NCBI GenBank assembly: GCA_046254885.1
Contig: CM100994.1
Location: 93,830,727 to 93,894,726, forward strand
DNA: 64,000 nt
Source: Sinanodonta woodiana
Lineage: Eukaryota
Direction: 5' to 3'
The notes beneath the pieces are model-generated. The model did not search any database. It had not been told where the DNA came from and worked only from the letters and a program-made list of their open reading frames with translations. Made by a program: the position numbers and the translations under genes. Positions 36,678 to 50,747 of this stretch are shown here, in pieces; positions within the stretch are counted from its first letter, which is position 1, and each line of letters starts with the position of its first letter.

Positions 36678-39600
36678 TTGTTTTCTGTGGCTATATACTG
36701 TAACAGTGGCCAGTAATGATTTTAATTTTCTGTGTCTATATACTGTAACAGTGGCCAGTAATGATTTTGATGTTCTGTGGCTATATACTGTAACAGTGGC
36801 CAGTAATGATTTTTGTTTTCTGTGACTATATACTGTAACAGTGGCCAGTAATGATTTTTGTTTTCTGTGGCTATAAACTATAACAGTGTCCAGTAATGAT
36901 TTTTGTTTTCTGTGTCTATATACTGTAACAGTGGCCAGTAATGATTTTAATTTTCTGTGCCTATATACTGTAACAGTGGCCAGTAATGATTTTAATTTTC
37001 TGTGTCTATATATTGTAACAGTGGCCAGTAATGATTTTAATTTTCTTTGGCTATATACTGTAAGAGTGGCCAGTAATGATTTTCATGTTCTGTGGCTATA
37101 TACTGTAACAGTGGCCAGTAATGATGTTTGTTTTCTGTGGCAATATACTGTGACAGTGGCCAGTAATGATTTTAATTTTCTGTGGCTATATACTGTAACA
37201 GTGGCCAGTAATGATTTTTGTTTTCTGTGGCTATAAACTATAACAGTGGCCAGTAATGATTTTTGTTTTCTGTGTCTATATACTGTAACAGTGGCCAGTA
37301 ATGATTTTAATTTTCTGTGGCTATATACTGTAACAGTGGCCAGTAATGATTTTTGTTTTCTGTGGCTATATACTGTAACAGTGGCCAGTAATGATTTTAA
37401 TTTTCTGTGGCTATATACTGTAACAGTGGCCAGTAATGATTTTAATTTTCTGTGGCTATATACTGTAACAGTGGCCAGTAATGATTTTTGTTTTCTGTGG
37501 CTATATACTATAACAGTGGCCAGTAATGATTTTTGTTTTCTGTGGCTATATACTGTAACAGTGGCCAGTAATGATTTGTTTTCTGTGGCTATATACTATA
37601 ACAGTGGCCAGTAATGATTTGTTTTCTGTGGCTATATACTGTAACAGTGGCCAGTAATGATTTTCATGTTCCTTGGCTATATACTGTAATAGTGGCCTGT
37701 AATGATTTTAATTTTCTGCGTCTATATACTGTAACAGTGGCCAGTAATGATTTTAATTTTCTGTGGCTATATACTGTAAAAGTGGCCATTAATGATTTTC
37801 ATGTTCTGTGGCTATATACTGTAACAGTGGCCAGTAATGATTTGTTTTCTGTGGCTATATACTATCACAGTGGCCAGTAATGATTTTTGTTTTCTGTGGC
37901 TATATACTGTAACAGTGGACAGTAATGATGTTAATTTTTTGTGGCTATATACTGTAACAGTGGCCAGTAATGATTTTAATTTTCTTTGGCTATATACTGT
38001 AACAGTTTCCAGTAATGATTTTAATTTTTTGTGGCTATATACTGTGACAGTGGCCAGTAATAATTTTAATTTTCTGTGGCTATATACTGTAATAGTTTCC
38101 AGTAATGATTTTAATTTTCTTTGGCTATATACTGTAACAGTGGCCAGTAATGATTTGTGTTTTCTGTGGCTATATACTGTAACAGTGACCAGTAATGATT
38201 TTCATGTTCTGTGGCTATATACTGTAACAGTGGCCAGTAATGATTTTAATTTTCTGTGGCTATATACTGTAACAGTGGACAGTAATGATTTGTTTTCTGT
38301 GGCTATATACTGTAACAGTGGCCAGTAATGATTTTCATGTTCTGTGGCTATATACTGTAACAGTGGCTAGTAATGATTTTAATTTTCTGTGGCTATATAC
38401 TGTAACAGTGGCCAGTAATGATTTTAATTTTCTGTGGCTATATACTGTAACAGTGGCCAAGAATGATTTTAATTTTCTGTCTCTATATACTGTAACAGTG
38501 GTCAGTAATAATGTTCATTTTCTGTGTCTATATACTGTAACAGTGGCCAGTAATGATTTTTGTTTTCTGTGGCTATATACTATAACAGTGGCCAGTAATG
38601 ATTTTTGTTTTCTGTGTCTGTATACTGTAGCAGTGGCCAGTTATGATTTTAATTTTCTGTGGCTATATACTGTAACAGTGACCAGTAATGATTTTCATGT
38701 TCTGTGGCTATATACTGTAACAGTGGCCAGTAATGATTTTAATTTTCTGTGGCTATATACTGTAACAGTGGACAGTAATGATTTGTTTTCTGTGGCTATA
38801 TACTGTAACAGTGGCCAGTAATGCTTTTAATTTTCTGTCTCTATATACTATAACAGTGGTCAGTAATAATGTTCATTTTCTGTGTCTATATACTGTAACA
38901 GTGGCCAGTAATGATGTTTGTTTTCTGTGGCTATATACTGTAACAGTGGCCAGTAATGATTTTTGTTTTCTGTGGCTATATACTATAACAGTGGCCAGTA
39001 ATGATTTTTGTTTTCTGTATCTTTATACTGTAGCAGTGGCCAGTTATGATTTTAATTTTCTGTGGCTATATACTGTAACAGTGGCCAGTAATGATTGTTG
39101 TTTTCTGTGGCTATATACTGTAACAGTGGCCAGTAATGATTTTAATTTTCTGCGTCTATATACTGTAACAGTGGACAGTAATGATTTTAATTTTCTGTGT
39201 CTATATTCTGTAACAGTGACCAGTAATGATTTTTTTTTCCTGTGGCTATATACTGTAACAGTGGCCAGTAATTATTTTTTTTCTGTGTCTATATACTGTA
39301 ACAGTTGCCAGTAATGATTTTTGTTGTCTGTGTCTATATACTGTAACAGTGGACATTAATGATTTTTGTTTTCTGTGGCTATATACTGTAACAGTGGCCA
39401 GTAATAATTTTTGCTTTCTGTGGCTATATACTGTAATACCCAGATTCATGAAGGTTGGTGAGTAGATAAATCTTATGAATACATTCTTATTACATAATTA
39501 TATAGGTCACTGTAACCTGTATTTCATGCAGTTACTTTCAAATTTGGTTAAATTGACCAATTATGCTATCTTTTAATGTCTTTTTTTAGCTTTTGACTAA

Positions 39601-40615
39601 ATAATATTTAGCAACTATATATAGCAGACTATGTATTGTTATACCTAAATTCATGAAATATGGTGACAAAATTCATCTTTGAGTACTACACTATCTTGAC
39701 TAAGGTAAATCATTTAACTTATATTTCATGCTTAACTGACTTTAGTTACCTTTCCATGACCATATCACATACTACTCATTACTGCCAACATGTCACATTT
39801 TTTATAAACATGAATTCATTTTGTCCATTTAGTTCATGTCCAAAAAAGCTGTTAGAACCCTGTACTAAATGCATGAAAGTTGGTAAGAGAATGCATTTTG
39901 ATTGATTAATACATTCTTATCACAGAAATAGGTCACTGTGGCATATATATCATTCTTCACAAGAGTTTGGTTTAGTTATTTTAAGTTTGTCTTCAGCTCT
40001 GTTCACACAGAAATTATTACCTATTACCATACACCATACAACACAAGATTGTAATTGTGACTTACGTTTAACATTATTCTGTCTTGTGTCTTTTTTTTTT
40101 ATAGCCTTGATCACAATAGAGTTTATCTGTTGTATAATATTACTATACCAGAAATCATGAAACATTGCAAGAGAATGCAGCTTGATAAAGACTACACACT
40201 GACCTATTTTTCAGATTTTCCTGGCTTTAGTTAAATTGTTGAATTTAGTTCATGACCATGTTGACTTTGGGCATTCTCTGAGCATACTATCTTATATCAA
40301 CTCATTAAACTTGTAAATATATTGTATCAGTGATTGGTTAATATCAGACATATTTTGCACTTCACTAACTTGGGTTTAATTTTGTTTGATGTTCATTTCT
40401 CAGTATTGATTATGCATGAAATCTATAATGGTATACACATCTGTTACTGCCAAAAGAAGCTCACTGTGACCCATATTTCCTTTTCTTCTTGCCTGTCATG
40501 AGTTTCTGAATTTAGTACATGAGTAATTGGCATGTTATATCCATGCTATCTGACCATTAGTAACGAGTCTTGGTGGGTGGGTGCATCTTGATACGAGCTG
40601 TATCCCTCCAGACAA

Positions 40616-41750
40616 AGTAAGTCTCTGTGACATGCCATAACATATAATAAAGTCTCTGTGACATGCTATAACATATATAAAAAAGTCTCTGTGACATGCT
40701 ATAACATATAAAATAAGTCTCTGTGACATGCTATAACATATAAAATAAGTCTCTGTGACATGCCATAACATATACTAAAGTCTCTGTGACATGCTATAAC
40801 ATATAAAATAAGTCTCTGTGACATGCCATAACATATACTAAAGTCTCTGTGACATGCTATAACATATACAAATGTCTCTGTGACATGCTATAACATATAA
40901 AGTAAGTCTGTGACATGCCATAACATATACTAAAGTCTCTGTGACATGCTATAACATATAAAAAGTCTCTGTGACATGCTATAACATATAAAGTAAATCT
41001 CTGTGACATGCCATAACATATAATAAAGTGTCTGTAACATGCTATAACATATAAAAAAAGTCTCTGTAACATGCTATAAAATATAAAGTAAGCCTATGTG
41101 ACATGCTATAATATATAAAGTACATCTCTGTGACATGCTATAATATATTTTTTAAAAGTCTGTGACATGCTATAATATATAAAGTAAGTCTATTTGACAT
41201 GCAATAACATAAAAAGGAAGTCTCTGTAACATGCTATAATATATAAAGTCTCTGTGACATGCTATAACATATACAAAAGTCTATGTGACATGCTACAACA
41301 TATAAAGTTAGTCTCTGTGACATGCTATAATATATATAAAAAAGTCTGTGGCATGCTATATTATATAAAGTAAGTCTCTGTGACATGTCATAACGTATAA
41401 AAGCTAGTCTCTGTAATATGCTATAATATATAAAGTAAGTAACTGTGAATACTAAAAAAAAAGAAAAAAATCTCTGTGTCATGCTATAATATATAAAGTC
41501 TCTGTGTAATATATAAAGTAAGCCTCTGTGACATATAATAACATATAAAAAAGTCTCTGTGACATGCTATAACATATAAAAAGAAGTCTCTGTGACATGA
41601 GGAAACATAAAAGAAAGTCTGACATGCTATAACATATAAAATAAAGTCTGTAACATGCTATAACAAATAAAATGAAGTCTGTGACATGCTATAACATATT
41701 AAAGGAAGTCTCTGTGACATGCTATAACATATAAAAGAAAGTCATTGTGA
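40616..41750. repeat. Minisatellite with a unit of about 30-32 bp (agtctctgtgacatgctataacatataaaata)
   Basis: Direct reading. The unit length is variable. Confidence 0.85.
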
Positions 41751-41974
41751 TATACATTTTGTACTTTACCAACACAGGTTAAGTGTTGGTGTTTATGGTC
41801 ACATTTATTCATTCATGACAGACTGGTATACGTCCATACCAACTCAGTAGGTCCATTGTAACCAAGGCAGTTTGAAATAGCCACAACTGTTTATTCAGCG
41901 GAAACGTTCAATATTAATAACTATAAACTGTAATTTCTGATACATTACCTCAGCATGTTACATGTGTGTTCTCC

Positions 41975-42775
41975 TGCATACAGCAGAGCTTTCATGTGAG
42001 ATGAGTATTGAAATTAGGTGTGTGGACCGCATACAACACAGCTTTCATGTGAGATGGGTATTGAAATTAGGTGTGTGGACTGCATACAACACAGCTTTCA
42101 TGTGAGATGGGTATTGAAATTAGGTGTGTGGACAGCATACTTCACACCATTCATGTGAGATGGGTATTGTAATTAAGTGTGTGGACCACATACAGCATGG
42201 CGTTCATGCGAGATGAGTTTTGAAATTAGGTGTGTGGACTGCATACAGCACAGCTTTCATGTGAGATGAGTATTGAAATTAGGTGTGTGGGTTGGATACA
42301 GCACACCTTTCATGTGAGATGAGTATTGAAATTAGGTGTGTGGGTTGGATACAGCACACCTTTCATGTGAGATGAGTATTGAAATTAGGTGTGTGGATTG
42401 GATACAGCACACCTTTCATGTGAGATGAGTATTGAAATTAGGTGTGTGGATTGGATACAGCACACCTTTCATGTGAGATGAGTATTGCAATTAGGTGTGT
42501 GGACTGCATACAGTACACCTTTCATGTGAGATGAGTATTGCAATTAGGTGTGTGGACAGCATACAGCACACCTTTCATGTGAGATGAGTATTGCAATTAG
42601 GTGTGTGGACAGCATACAGCACACCTTTCGTGTGAGATGAGTATTGCAATTAGGTGTGTGGACAGCATACAGCACACCTTTCGTGTGAGATGAGTATTGC
42701 AATTAGGTGTGTGGACAGCATACAGCACACCTTTCGTGTGAGATGAGTATTGCAATTAGGTGTGATTCCTTTCAT
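41975..42775. repeat. Satellite with a 53-bp unit (acagcacacctttcatgtgagatgagtattgaaattaggtgtgtgggttggat), about 15 copies
   Basis: Direct reading. Coordinate differences between successive units are 53 bp. Confidence 0.9.
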
Positions 42776-42916
42776 GTCAGGACTCATCTGTGCTTAATCA
42801 CAATATTAGAGATACAAAGTATGTGCTGCTGTCTGTCACGTTAAGGTTACTCTACCTTTGATTTTCTTCCTGTAGGACCTGGCTTCTAAGGGTGAACAAT
42901 GAAAATACGTTTTTTG

Positions 42917-43520
42917 GCAGGCTCTAAGAAGGATGATTTTAAAAGATTAAAACCTTGCAGGCTCTAACTAGAATGATTGAAAAAGATTAAGACCATGCAG
43001 GTTCTAAGAAGGATGGTTTTAAAATATTAAAACCTTGCAGGCTCTAACTAGAATGATTGAAAAAGATTAAGACCATGCAGGTTCTAACTAGAATGATTTT
43101 AAAAGATTAAGACCATGCAGGCTCTAAGAAGGATGGTTTTAAAATATTAACACCATGCAGGTTCTAAGAAGAGTGATTTTAAAAGATTAACACTATGCAG
43201 GCTCTAAGAAAAATGATTTTATTATAAAAGATTAACACCATGCAGGCTCGAAGAAGGATGGTTTTTAAAGATTAACACCATGCAGGTTCTAAGAAGAAAG
43301 ATTTTAAAAGATTAACACCATGCAATCTCTAAGAAGAATGATTTTAAAAGATTAAGACCATGCAGGTTCTAAGAAGGGTGGTTTTAAAAGATTAAGACTT
43401 GTATGAAGGCTCAAAGAAGGATAATTTTAAAAGAATAATACTATGCAGGCTCTAAGAAAAATGATTTTAAAGATAAGACCATGAAGGCTCTAAGAAGAAT
43501 GATTTTTGAATATTATTACA
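42917..43520. repeat. Satellite with a 40-bp unit (gcaggctctaagaaggatgattttaaaagattaaaacctt), about 15 copies
   Basis: Direct reading. Confidence 0.8.
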
Positions 43521-43896
43521 AGGCAAACTCTATCGGAAATGGTTTTAAAAGATTGAGACCATATTATTATTACCTTATTATCTTCAGTAACATACGATAC
43601 AAAATAATGATTGTTTTTAACTCTAATAGTTGTCACTACTCCTAAACATCTTTCAAGGATTGCCTGTACACACATATTCATCCCTTGGTCTGGTTGGTTC
43701 TAAATGAAAATGATCTGCTCACATATTCTTCATGCATTTTTCAGAGGTTTTCCTTTCCAGCTGCATCTGCTTCCTAAAAGAAACAATTAAAACTCTAATA
43801 CAATAATTTTGATCCAGTTTTAATCTGTATAAAATTCTGCCCATAGTTTCAATATATGCAGCAATGTTTCCAGAGCACAGCTCTCTATATTTTCAG

Positions 43897-43996
43897 GGAC
43901 AGTACTGGGAGGTAACAACTGAACTGTGCAATGCTTTAAACCTTTCCTTAAAGGATACGCTAGCAGAGATGTATACAAGGGGTCTTTATGATTTTG
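43897..43996 (+). CDS. Exon of an unidentified gene (GQYWEVTTELCNALNLSLKDTLAEMYTRGLYDF)
   Basis: The acceptor tattttcag and donor G|GTAAGT are present. It leaves 1 nt that completes GAT with the exon at 48574. Alternatively it is a first coding exon starting at the ATG at 43864. Confidence 0.45.
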
Positions 43997-44469
43997 GTAA
44001 GTCTAACTTGCTCAGAGATTCAATCAGTGACTCACCAAGCATATCAGTAATATATACTGGATTGCTAACAATAGTTTTGTATGTAAAATGTGCAGACACT
44101 TAAAAAACAAGAAAATTATTCAGAGTGTTAAAGTTTCATCTCTGACAAATTTGGGTAACATGTTTTATGTAACTATGGATTGTGTATTACGGTAAAATTT
44201 GTGTATATCATGAAACAGAATAATAATTTATTAATGAAAGGTGCATTTTATTTCCTCTTTATAAATTAAACTTGATTCTTTCTTTTATTTTTGTCCTTAA
44301 ATAACAGTATTTGATACAATCTATGTGACTAGACAGTGATCAAGGCTTTATCGACTCAGCATGGTTTTTGAAGGGTTATCGGCAGCAGCTAAGACTTTGA
44401 TGTGCCAAACATAACTATAACTCATTATTATCTTGGTTGTTACATGCTCTTGCACTGAGACATATAGAA

Positions 44470-44616
44470 TCTATGTTGGGGTTGACCAAGACAATGAAAT
44501 CCCAGCCTAGGGGTTATATTATTTGTCTCCCCTCGAGGCTTGTCTGAGTGGGGAAATATTTAATATAACCCTGCAGCTGGGATTTCATTGTCTCTGTCAA
44601 AACCCCAACGTAGATT
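44470..44616. repeat. Foldback (hairpin) element with arms of about 65 bp
   Basis: The left arm atctatgttggggttgaccaagacaatgaaatcccagcctaggggttatatt... is about 85% reverse-complementary to the right arm ...aatataaccctgcagctgggatttcattgtctctgtcaaaaccccaacgtagat. Confidence 0.6.
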
Positions 44617-44759
44617 ATTTTTCTCACCCAATATTATCCTTTAAACTAAAAAGAACTCTTTAAAAGTGTGCCGATCACAATGTTTACATATGGCACATGA
44701 ATATAAATAAGCTAATGAGGACTGGTGTGACTGTTGAATCCTAAGTTCATGGTTTATAT

Positions 44760-45065
44760 GCGTGAACAAAGAAAAAAGCACAACATAAAATGTCTCATAG
44801 TAATGAGGTAATATCACATTTAATATATGGATGTTATATGAAATTAACAATAAATAATTACACACACGAACAAAGAAAAAAGCACAACATAAAATGTTGC
44901 ATAGTAATGAGGTAATATCACATTTAATATATGGATGTTATATGAAATTAACAATAAATAATTACACACACGAACAAAGAAACAAGCACAACATAAAATG
45001 TTGCATAGTAATGAGGTAATATCACATTTAATATATGGATGTTATATGAAATTAACAATAAATAA
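44760..45065. repeat. Tandem repeat of about 104 bp, 3 copies
   Basis: cgaacaaagaaaaaagcacaacataaaatgttgcatagtaatgaggtaatatcacatttaatatatggatgttatatgaaattaacaataaataattacacaca is repeated. Confidence 0.8.
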
Positions 45066-46569
45066 TTATAATTAATTGGAAAGAAACTGTTTCCTTTCAT
45101 CATTTCCAATTTTGAATACCCTACACTGCCATGCTAAATAAACTCGTCACTCTCTCTAAATATGTGGACCCTAGAGAATAACAATGTGCTAAACTTTAAA
45201 GTTCACGGATTCTTTTAAAATTTATATTTCTGTCTTGGAAATATGACAAGTGATGCAATGAAATTTGTTTATGGATTAGTGTGTTGGGGTATACACATCT
45301 AAAGGAGACTGGCTGGTAAGTGTATTATTTGTCAATAAATATTGAAGGTATATTCTGAGATGCTTATCACAATTATAATAGACCATGTTTGACATTACAC
45401 AGTTCTGACTGTTGATAAGTTTTCCGTTGTTGTTTAGAGAGTTGGGATGCTATGAAGTGTATAGGTATATAGTCTTATGTGCATGGATCAGTGTTTTCTG
45501 ACATACATATAGTTCATTTCAAACACCATTGAGAATTTTATCCTATCTGTAGCACAGTAAATTTTCAGGTCAGATTCATTAAATGTAGCTAACAGTATAT
45601 ACAATGTTTCACGTGAAGTGTTTACAACTAATTCAGTTGCTTTAGCTACATGTAATCATCTGAAAATGTACTGAGCTAGTCTTGCATATATGATAAAACT
45701 GACCATGCTAGTAACATATCAAAACTTCGAAATAGTATGCATGTGTGTATTCTCTATCAAAATGTTTTTGTTAGGTGTTTTCTAAGACAGAATCACATTA
45801 AGTAACTATATTTTGGTTATCTATTTTTTGTTGTTGATGTTATTGCTGTTGGTTTTTTTTTAGAACAACTATGACACAGTGAAGACAAGAAGGGTTTCTT
45901 TTGTTAAATGTAGATCCGAATGCATGGACACTATGACTGAGATGACTGGTATGAGATGACTAGTATGAGATGACTAGACTGAGAAATATTTAAGATATGT
46001 CATGCTGGTACAAATTAGTATAAATACTGGAGCTGAACATTGATGTTTCATCTTGTATCTGATCTTAAATTTGACCAATTATAGTTGACAAAATATCAAC
46101 ATGGGCCATATAAGAAACTAATGACTACTAAAAACACGTGACAAAATATCAACATTTTCTGTGCAAGAATCTTTTAGGCCATTAAAGACATGTGACAAAA
46201 TATCAATATGGGCCATGTAATACACTCATAATCTGCTAATCTAATTAATGAATATCAAGGTTTGAATGTATTTCAAGAAACAGTTCTTTTTATTAGCTAT
46301 TTATGTTGTCATTGAAAACATGTACATTTTCATTCATTCTTAAAAGCTAAATACATTATAATTTACAGAAATGTTAGAGGCACTGTACAATACAATTTAC
46401 ACTGTACCTTGTCACTTGGAATATTTAATAGTAAATGAAGATGTTATAAACAATAACTAGTTTGCATTTCTTACAATGACTAATTTTTTTCTGTGGATAT
46501 GCACAATATATTTTACTTTAATTATGCCATTGCACTAAATGGTATTCATAATGTCATAATGTATGGATG

Positions 46570-48420
46570 AATATCAGCAAAACTATATCACTTTTCTGTC
46601 ACAACTATATCACTTTTACTACCACACTAATTTCTCTTCTGCTATCACAACTACATGTAATTCACTTTTCTTTCACAACTGTCTCTATTCTACTATATAT
46701 CTCTCTTATATCACAACTATATTTCTCTTCTAATATCACAACTATATCTTTTTCTATCACAACTATATCTCTTGTATCACATCTATACATCTCTTCTACT
46801 AGAACTATATCTCTCTTCTATCACAACTATATCTCTCTCCTACTATAACTCTATCTCTTCTACTATCACAACTATATCTCTCTTCTAGTATCACAAATTC
46901 ATGTCTCTTCTACTGTGACAACTTCATATCTCTTCTATCACAACTATATTTCTCTTCTACTATCACAACTATATCACTCTTCTAATATTAAAACTATATC
47001 TCTTCATCTATCACAAATATATCTCTTCTAATATCACAACTATATCTCTCTTCTATTATCACAAATATATCTCTTCTAATATCACAACTAATTCACTTTT
47101 CTTTCAAATCTATATCTCTCTTCTACTATATATCTTGTATCACAACTGTAGCTCTTTTATCACAACTATATCTCTCTTCTATTAGAGCTATAAGATTCTC
47201 TCTTCTATCACAACTATATCTCTCTTCTATTAGAACTATATCTCTTCTATCACAACTATTACTCTCTTATATAATTCTATCTCTCTTCTACTATCACAAC
47301 TATATCTCTCTTTTAGTATCACAAATTTCTCTTCTACTGTGGCAACTACATCTCTTCTATCACAACTATATTTCTCTTCTATCACAACTATATCTCTCCT
47401 ACTATCACAACTACATCTATCTTCTTCTATCACAAATATATCACTCTTCTAATATCACAACTATATCACTCTTCTTTCACATCTATATTTCTCTTCTGCT
47501 ATCTATCTTCTATCACAACTGTATCTCTTTTATCACAACTATATCTCTCTTATATTAGAACTATATCTCTCCTACTATCACAACTACATCTCTCCTTCTA
47601 CTATATCTCTCTTTTACTAATCACAAATATATCACTCATCTATGATCACAACTAATTCACTTTTCTTTCACAACTACATCTCTCCTCTAATTTCACAACT
47701 ACATCTCTCTTCTAATATCACAACTATATAACTCTTCTAATAGCACAACTATATTTCTCTTCTAATATCACAACTATATCTCACTTCTAATATCACAACT
47801 ATATTTCTCTTCTAATATCACAACTATATTTCTCTTCTAATATCACAACTATATCTCTCTTCTAATATCACAACTATATCACTCTTCTGTCACAACTATA
47901 TCTCTTCTACTATTACAGCTAATTCACTTTTCATTCACAACTATCTCTCTTCTACTATCACAACTATATCTCTTCTATCACAACTATATCTCTCTTTCAT
48001 CACAACTATATATATCTTCTACTAGAACTATATCTTTCTTCTATCACAACTATATTCTCTCTTCTGCTATAACTCTCTCTTCTTCTAGATCTATATCTCT
48101 CTTCTACTTTCACAACTTTATCTCTCTTCTATCACAACTATATCTCTCTTCTATTAGAACTATATCTCTCTTCTATCACAACTATATCTCTCTTCTACTA
48201 TAACTCAATCTCTCTTCTACTTTAACTTTTTCTCTCTTCTACTATCACAACTATATCTCTTATCTACTATAACTATATCTCTTCTACTATCGCAACTATA
48301 TCTCCTAGTATCAGAAATACATTTCTCTTATACTGTGACAACTACAACAGCAATATTTCTCTTCTACTATCACAAATATGTCACTTTTTTAATATCACAA
48401 CTATATCTCTCTCCTACTAT
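46570..48420. repeat. Minisatellite with a unit of about 21-25 bp (tatcacaactatatctctcttctac), about 1.85 kb
   Basis: Direct reading. It is followed by a G10 run at 48422. Confidence 0.9.
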
Positions 48421-48573
48421 TACAATGGGGGGGGGGGCATACAAATATGAAACATTTTTTACTAAATGTCATTTTGTTGATGTTATCTCATAAAATATGG
48501 GTAGCTTTCCATATATAGCACTTAATAAAAGTATTTGAATTAAATGTAAATACATTGAATTGCTTAATTACAG

Positions 48574-48911
48574 ATAAGAAAATCTGCAAAAAGGCAGAAA
48601 GAGTTCTGGCAACTATGGCTATTTTAATAACATTTATTGACATCGTGTACCGGTCTTTTCATAACGATGGATTGAAAGCTACACCAGAAATGGACCTGGA
48701 TATCAAAGATTTCAAGCAGCAACTAAGCCAGACTATTTACATCCGTGAGCCCAACAACAAAGTAACCTTTGTCTTTCTCCCAGTTCATATGGTCAGTGCA
48801 TTAAATTGGCTGCTGAAACAAGAGAAGCTGTCCTATGTGTATTGCAGACTTGGACTTGGACATACCTTGAGAGAGTTCCTTGAGAATATTGTAAAAGCTG
48901 TATTGGATTGA
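48574..48911 (+). CDS. Terminal exon of the unidentified gene (DKKICKKAERVLATMAIL...YCRLGLGHTLREFLENIVKAVLD*)
   Basis: The acceptor ttaattacag is at 48571-73. It is phase-compatible with the exon at 43897-43996. The frame is open for 112 codons to TGA at 48909-48911. Confidence 0.5.
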
Positions 48912-49141
48912 CACTATGTGGCATATATAAATGATTTACAGCAAATCTAGGCAGTACAGTGAATACTATTATAACGCCTAACAGTTGTTTTTCTTTTGAG
49001 TCTACATTAGTGGAAAGTGAGACATAGGAGTAACTTTTCTGGTGGCAATGGTATCAAGAGTTAATGTATTTGTTAATGTTCTTATTTTCATATTATTTTC
49101 TAAACTCTATGAAAGGTTTTTATTATACTTGGCATGAATCA

Positions 49142-49666
49142 TTAACACATTAACCCCTAGTGATGACCTTATGGAGCATGAGGTAGTAGCCTACTTCCAA
49201 GGTCTGTAGCATCAAGGTCATACATGATACACTAAAATATCATGGGAAAAACCAACATTTTTTTACCCATTTTTTTCCCCCATCCAAAAAGCACCTATGG
49301 TCGGATTCCAAATGTGTCCAGATTTTAGACTCTTTTTTTTTACCTCAGATCTATGGCAGACCAGTCTAAATATCACACAGACAGGTGAACCCTTGCAAAA
49401 AGTAGGATATGGTGGACATTTTTAGTTATCAGTCTTCTCCATGCAAAAAGTATGAGAAAAAAAAAAAAAGTCCAATTTTTGCCCTTCTACTCATGCGTCA
49501 GCAAACTAACCAATGGAAAACATTTTCTTTAGCATTACTAGCCCATTGTCAAACGGATTATTATTTGGAATGCAATGTATTACGATGTATTCAGAAATAG
49601 TCCCCAAAATGTGTTGCCTACATTTCATGCGAAAACAGCAAAAACCTCCAGGGGTTAATGTGTTAA
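49142..49666. mobile_element. MITE of 525 bp with 19-bp TIRs (TTAACACATTAACCCCTAG / TTAACACATTAACCCCTGG)
   Basis: The TIRs are read directly at 49142-49160 and 49648-49666. The interior has A/T runs and no ORF. A solo copy of the same terminus is at 22931-22950. Confidence 0.55.
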
Positions 49667-50747
49667 AGCAAAGATAATTCTGTCTTTCATGTCCTTGCTT
49701 TCTTCTTTTACCTTTTGGTTAAGGTTACTCTCAGTGATACAGAATTTGCATTATGGCCTAGGTTAAAGAATTGATATTTCCTAAATCCTTTCAGAGATTA
49801 TATACATACTTTAGAGAATTATTATAAAGGTAAGACAGTTCATTTGATCAAATGCTCACTTGTCCTTGGAGTCAAGGTCACAGTCAAGGAAATTTACATT
49901 AAGGCTTTGATTAACATATTATTATTTTATGTTATGTCCTCAAACACCATTTTGGATCTTCTTTATACTTGGAATGAATTTAGGATGAAGGTAAGATGAT
50001 TCATTATGTGACATGCATGCATGCCTCTTTGGCTTTAGGGCAAAGGTCATAGTATTATGAAATTTGCATTAACATTTATTTACTTATATTTCCTAAATAC
50101 CTTGATGTTTTTTCTTTCTATATTTAAGAAAGACAGTTCATTGTGTGACATGCTTGCTTAATTTTTTTTTTTACCTTGGCCTGAAGGTCACACATTTTAC
50201 AGCAATGCTTTGATTATAGACACATTATAGATGCTCACATATTTGCATTTTTTAAAATTTTATTTCATGGTTGATTAAAATCTGTAATAATATAGTTTAC
50301 TGTCATTTAATAAACATTTATTTTGTGTTTTTGTGTACACTACAACATTATGTTTACAGCATATCCTAGGTTGCTAAGCCAAGCTTTCAATGCAGTGCAC
50401 TTTCATTGACTTTCAATAATAGTGTTATACTTTGGAAACATTTTACTATTATTTATTGTGTTATTCTGGTGTGCACTACCTGCTTTCTATAAGAAACCCC
50501 AGTATAAGGGTGGTCTGGCTGTGGGTCCCTCTCATTATTTAATAGAAGTATAAAAACAATTAAGAGACCTCTAATTGGGTTGTCCACTTCAGTGGGTTCC
50601 TTGAAGAATATTATAGTGAGGGAATTGTGTATCAGTTCCTTCATGGGGTTTTCCACTAAAGTAATATAGTGAGGCAATACTGTATCAGTTCTTACAATGG
50701 AAAGATAATTAAACCAAATGTGATTTTCATTATAAGACTTGAATATA

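Larger units (their letters stand above)
29700..39437. repeat. Satellite array with a 45-bp unit (ctgtaacagtggccagtaatgattttaattttctgtggctatata) of about 9.7 kb, interrupted by two MITE copies
   Basis: Direct reading. Because 45 bp equals 15 codons, the array produces long artefactual ORFs (FLWLYTVTVASNDFN repeats). Confidence 0.95.

Noticed and set aside
29700-39437. Long ORFs (up to 222 aa) with periodic FLWLYTVTVASNDFN peptide repeats on both strands
   Set aside because: They are produced by a 45-bp satellite, which is 15 codons in length, so the frame is preserved. The content is low-complexity, and they are duplicated exactly with the 3.3-kb block. They are not genes.
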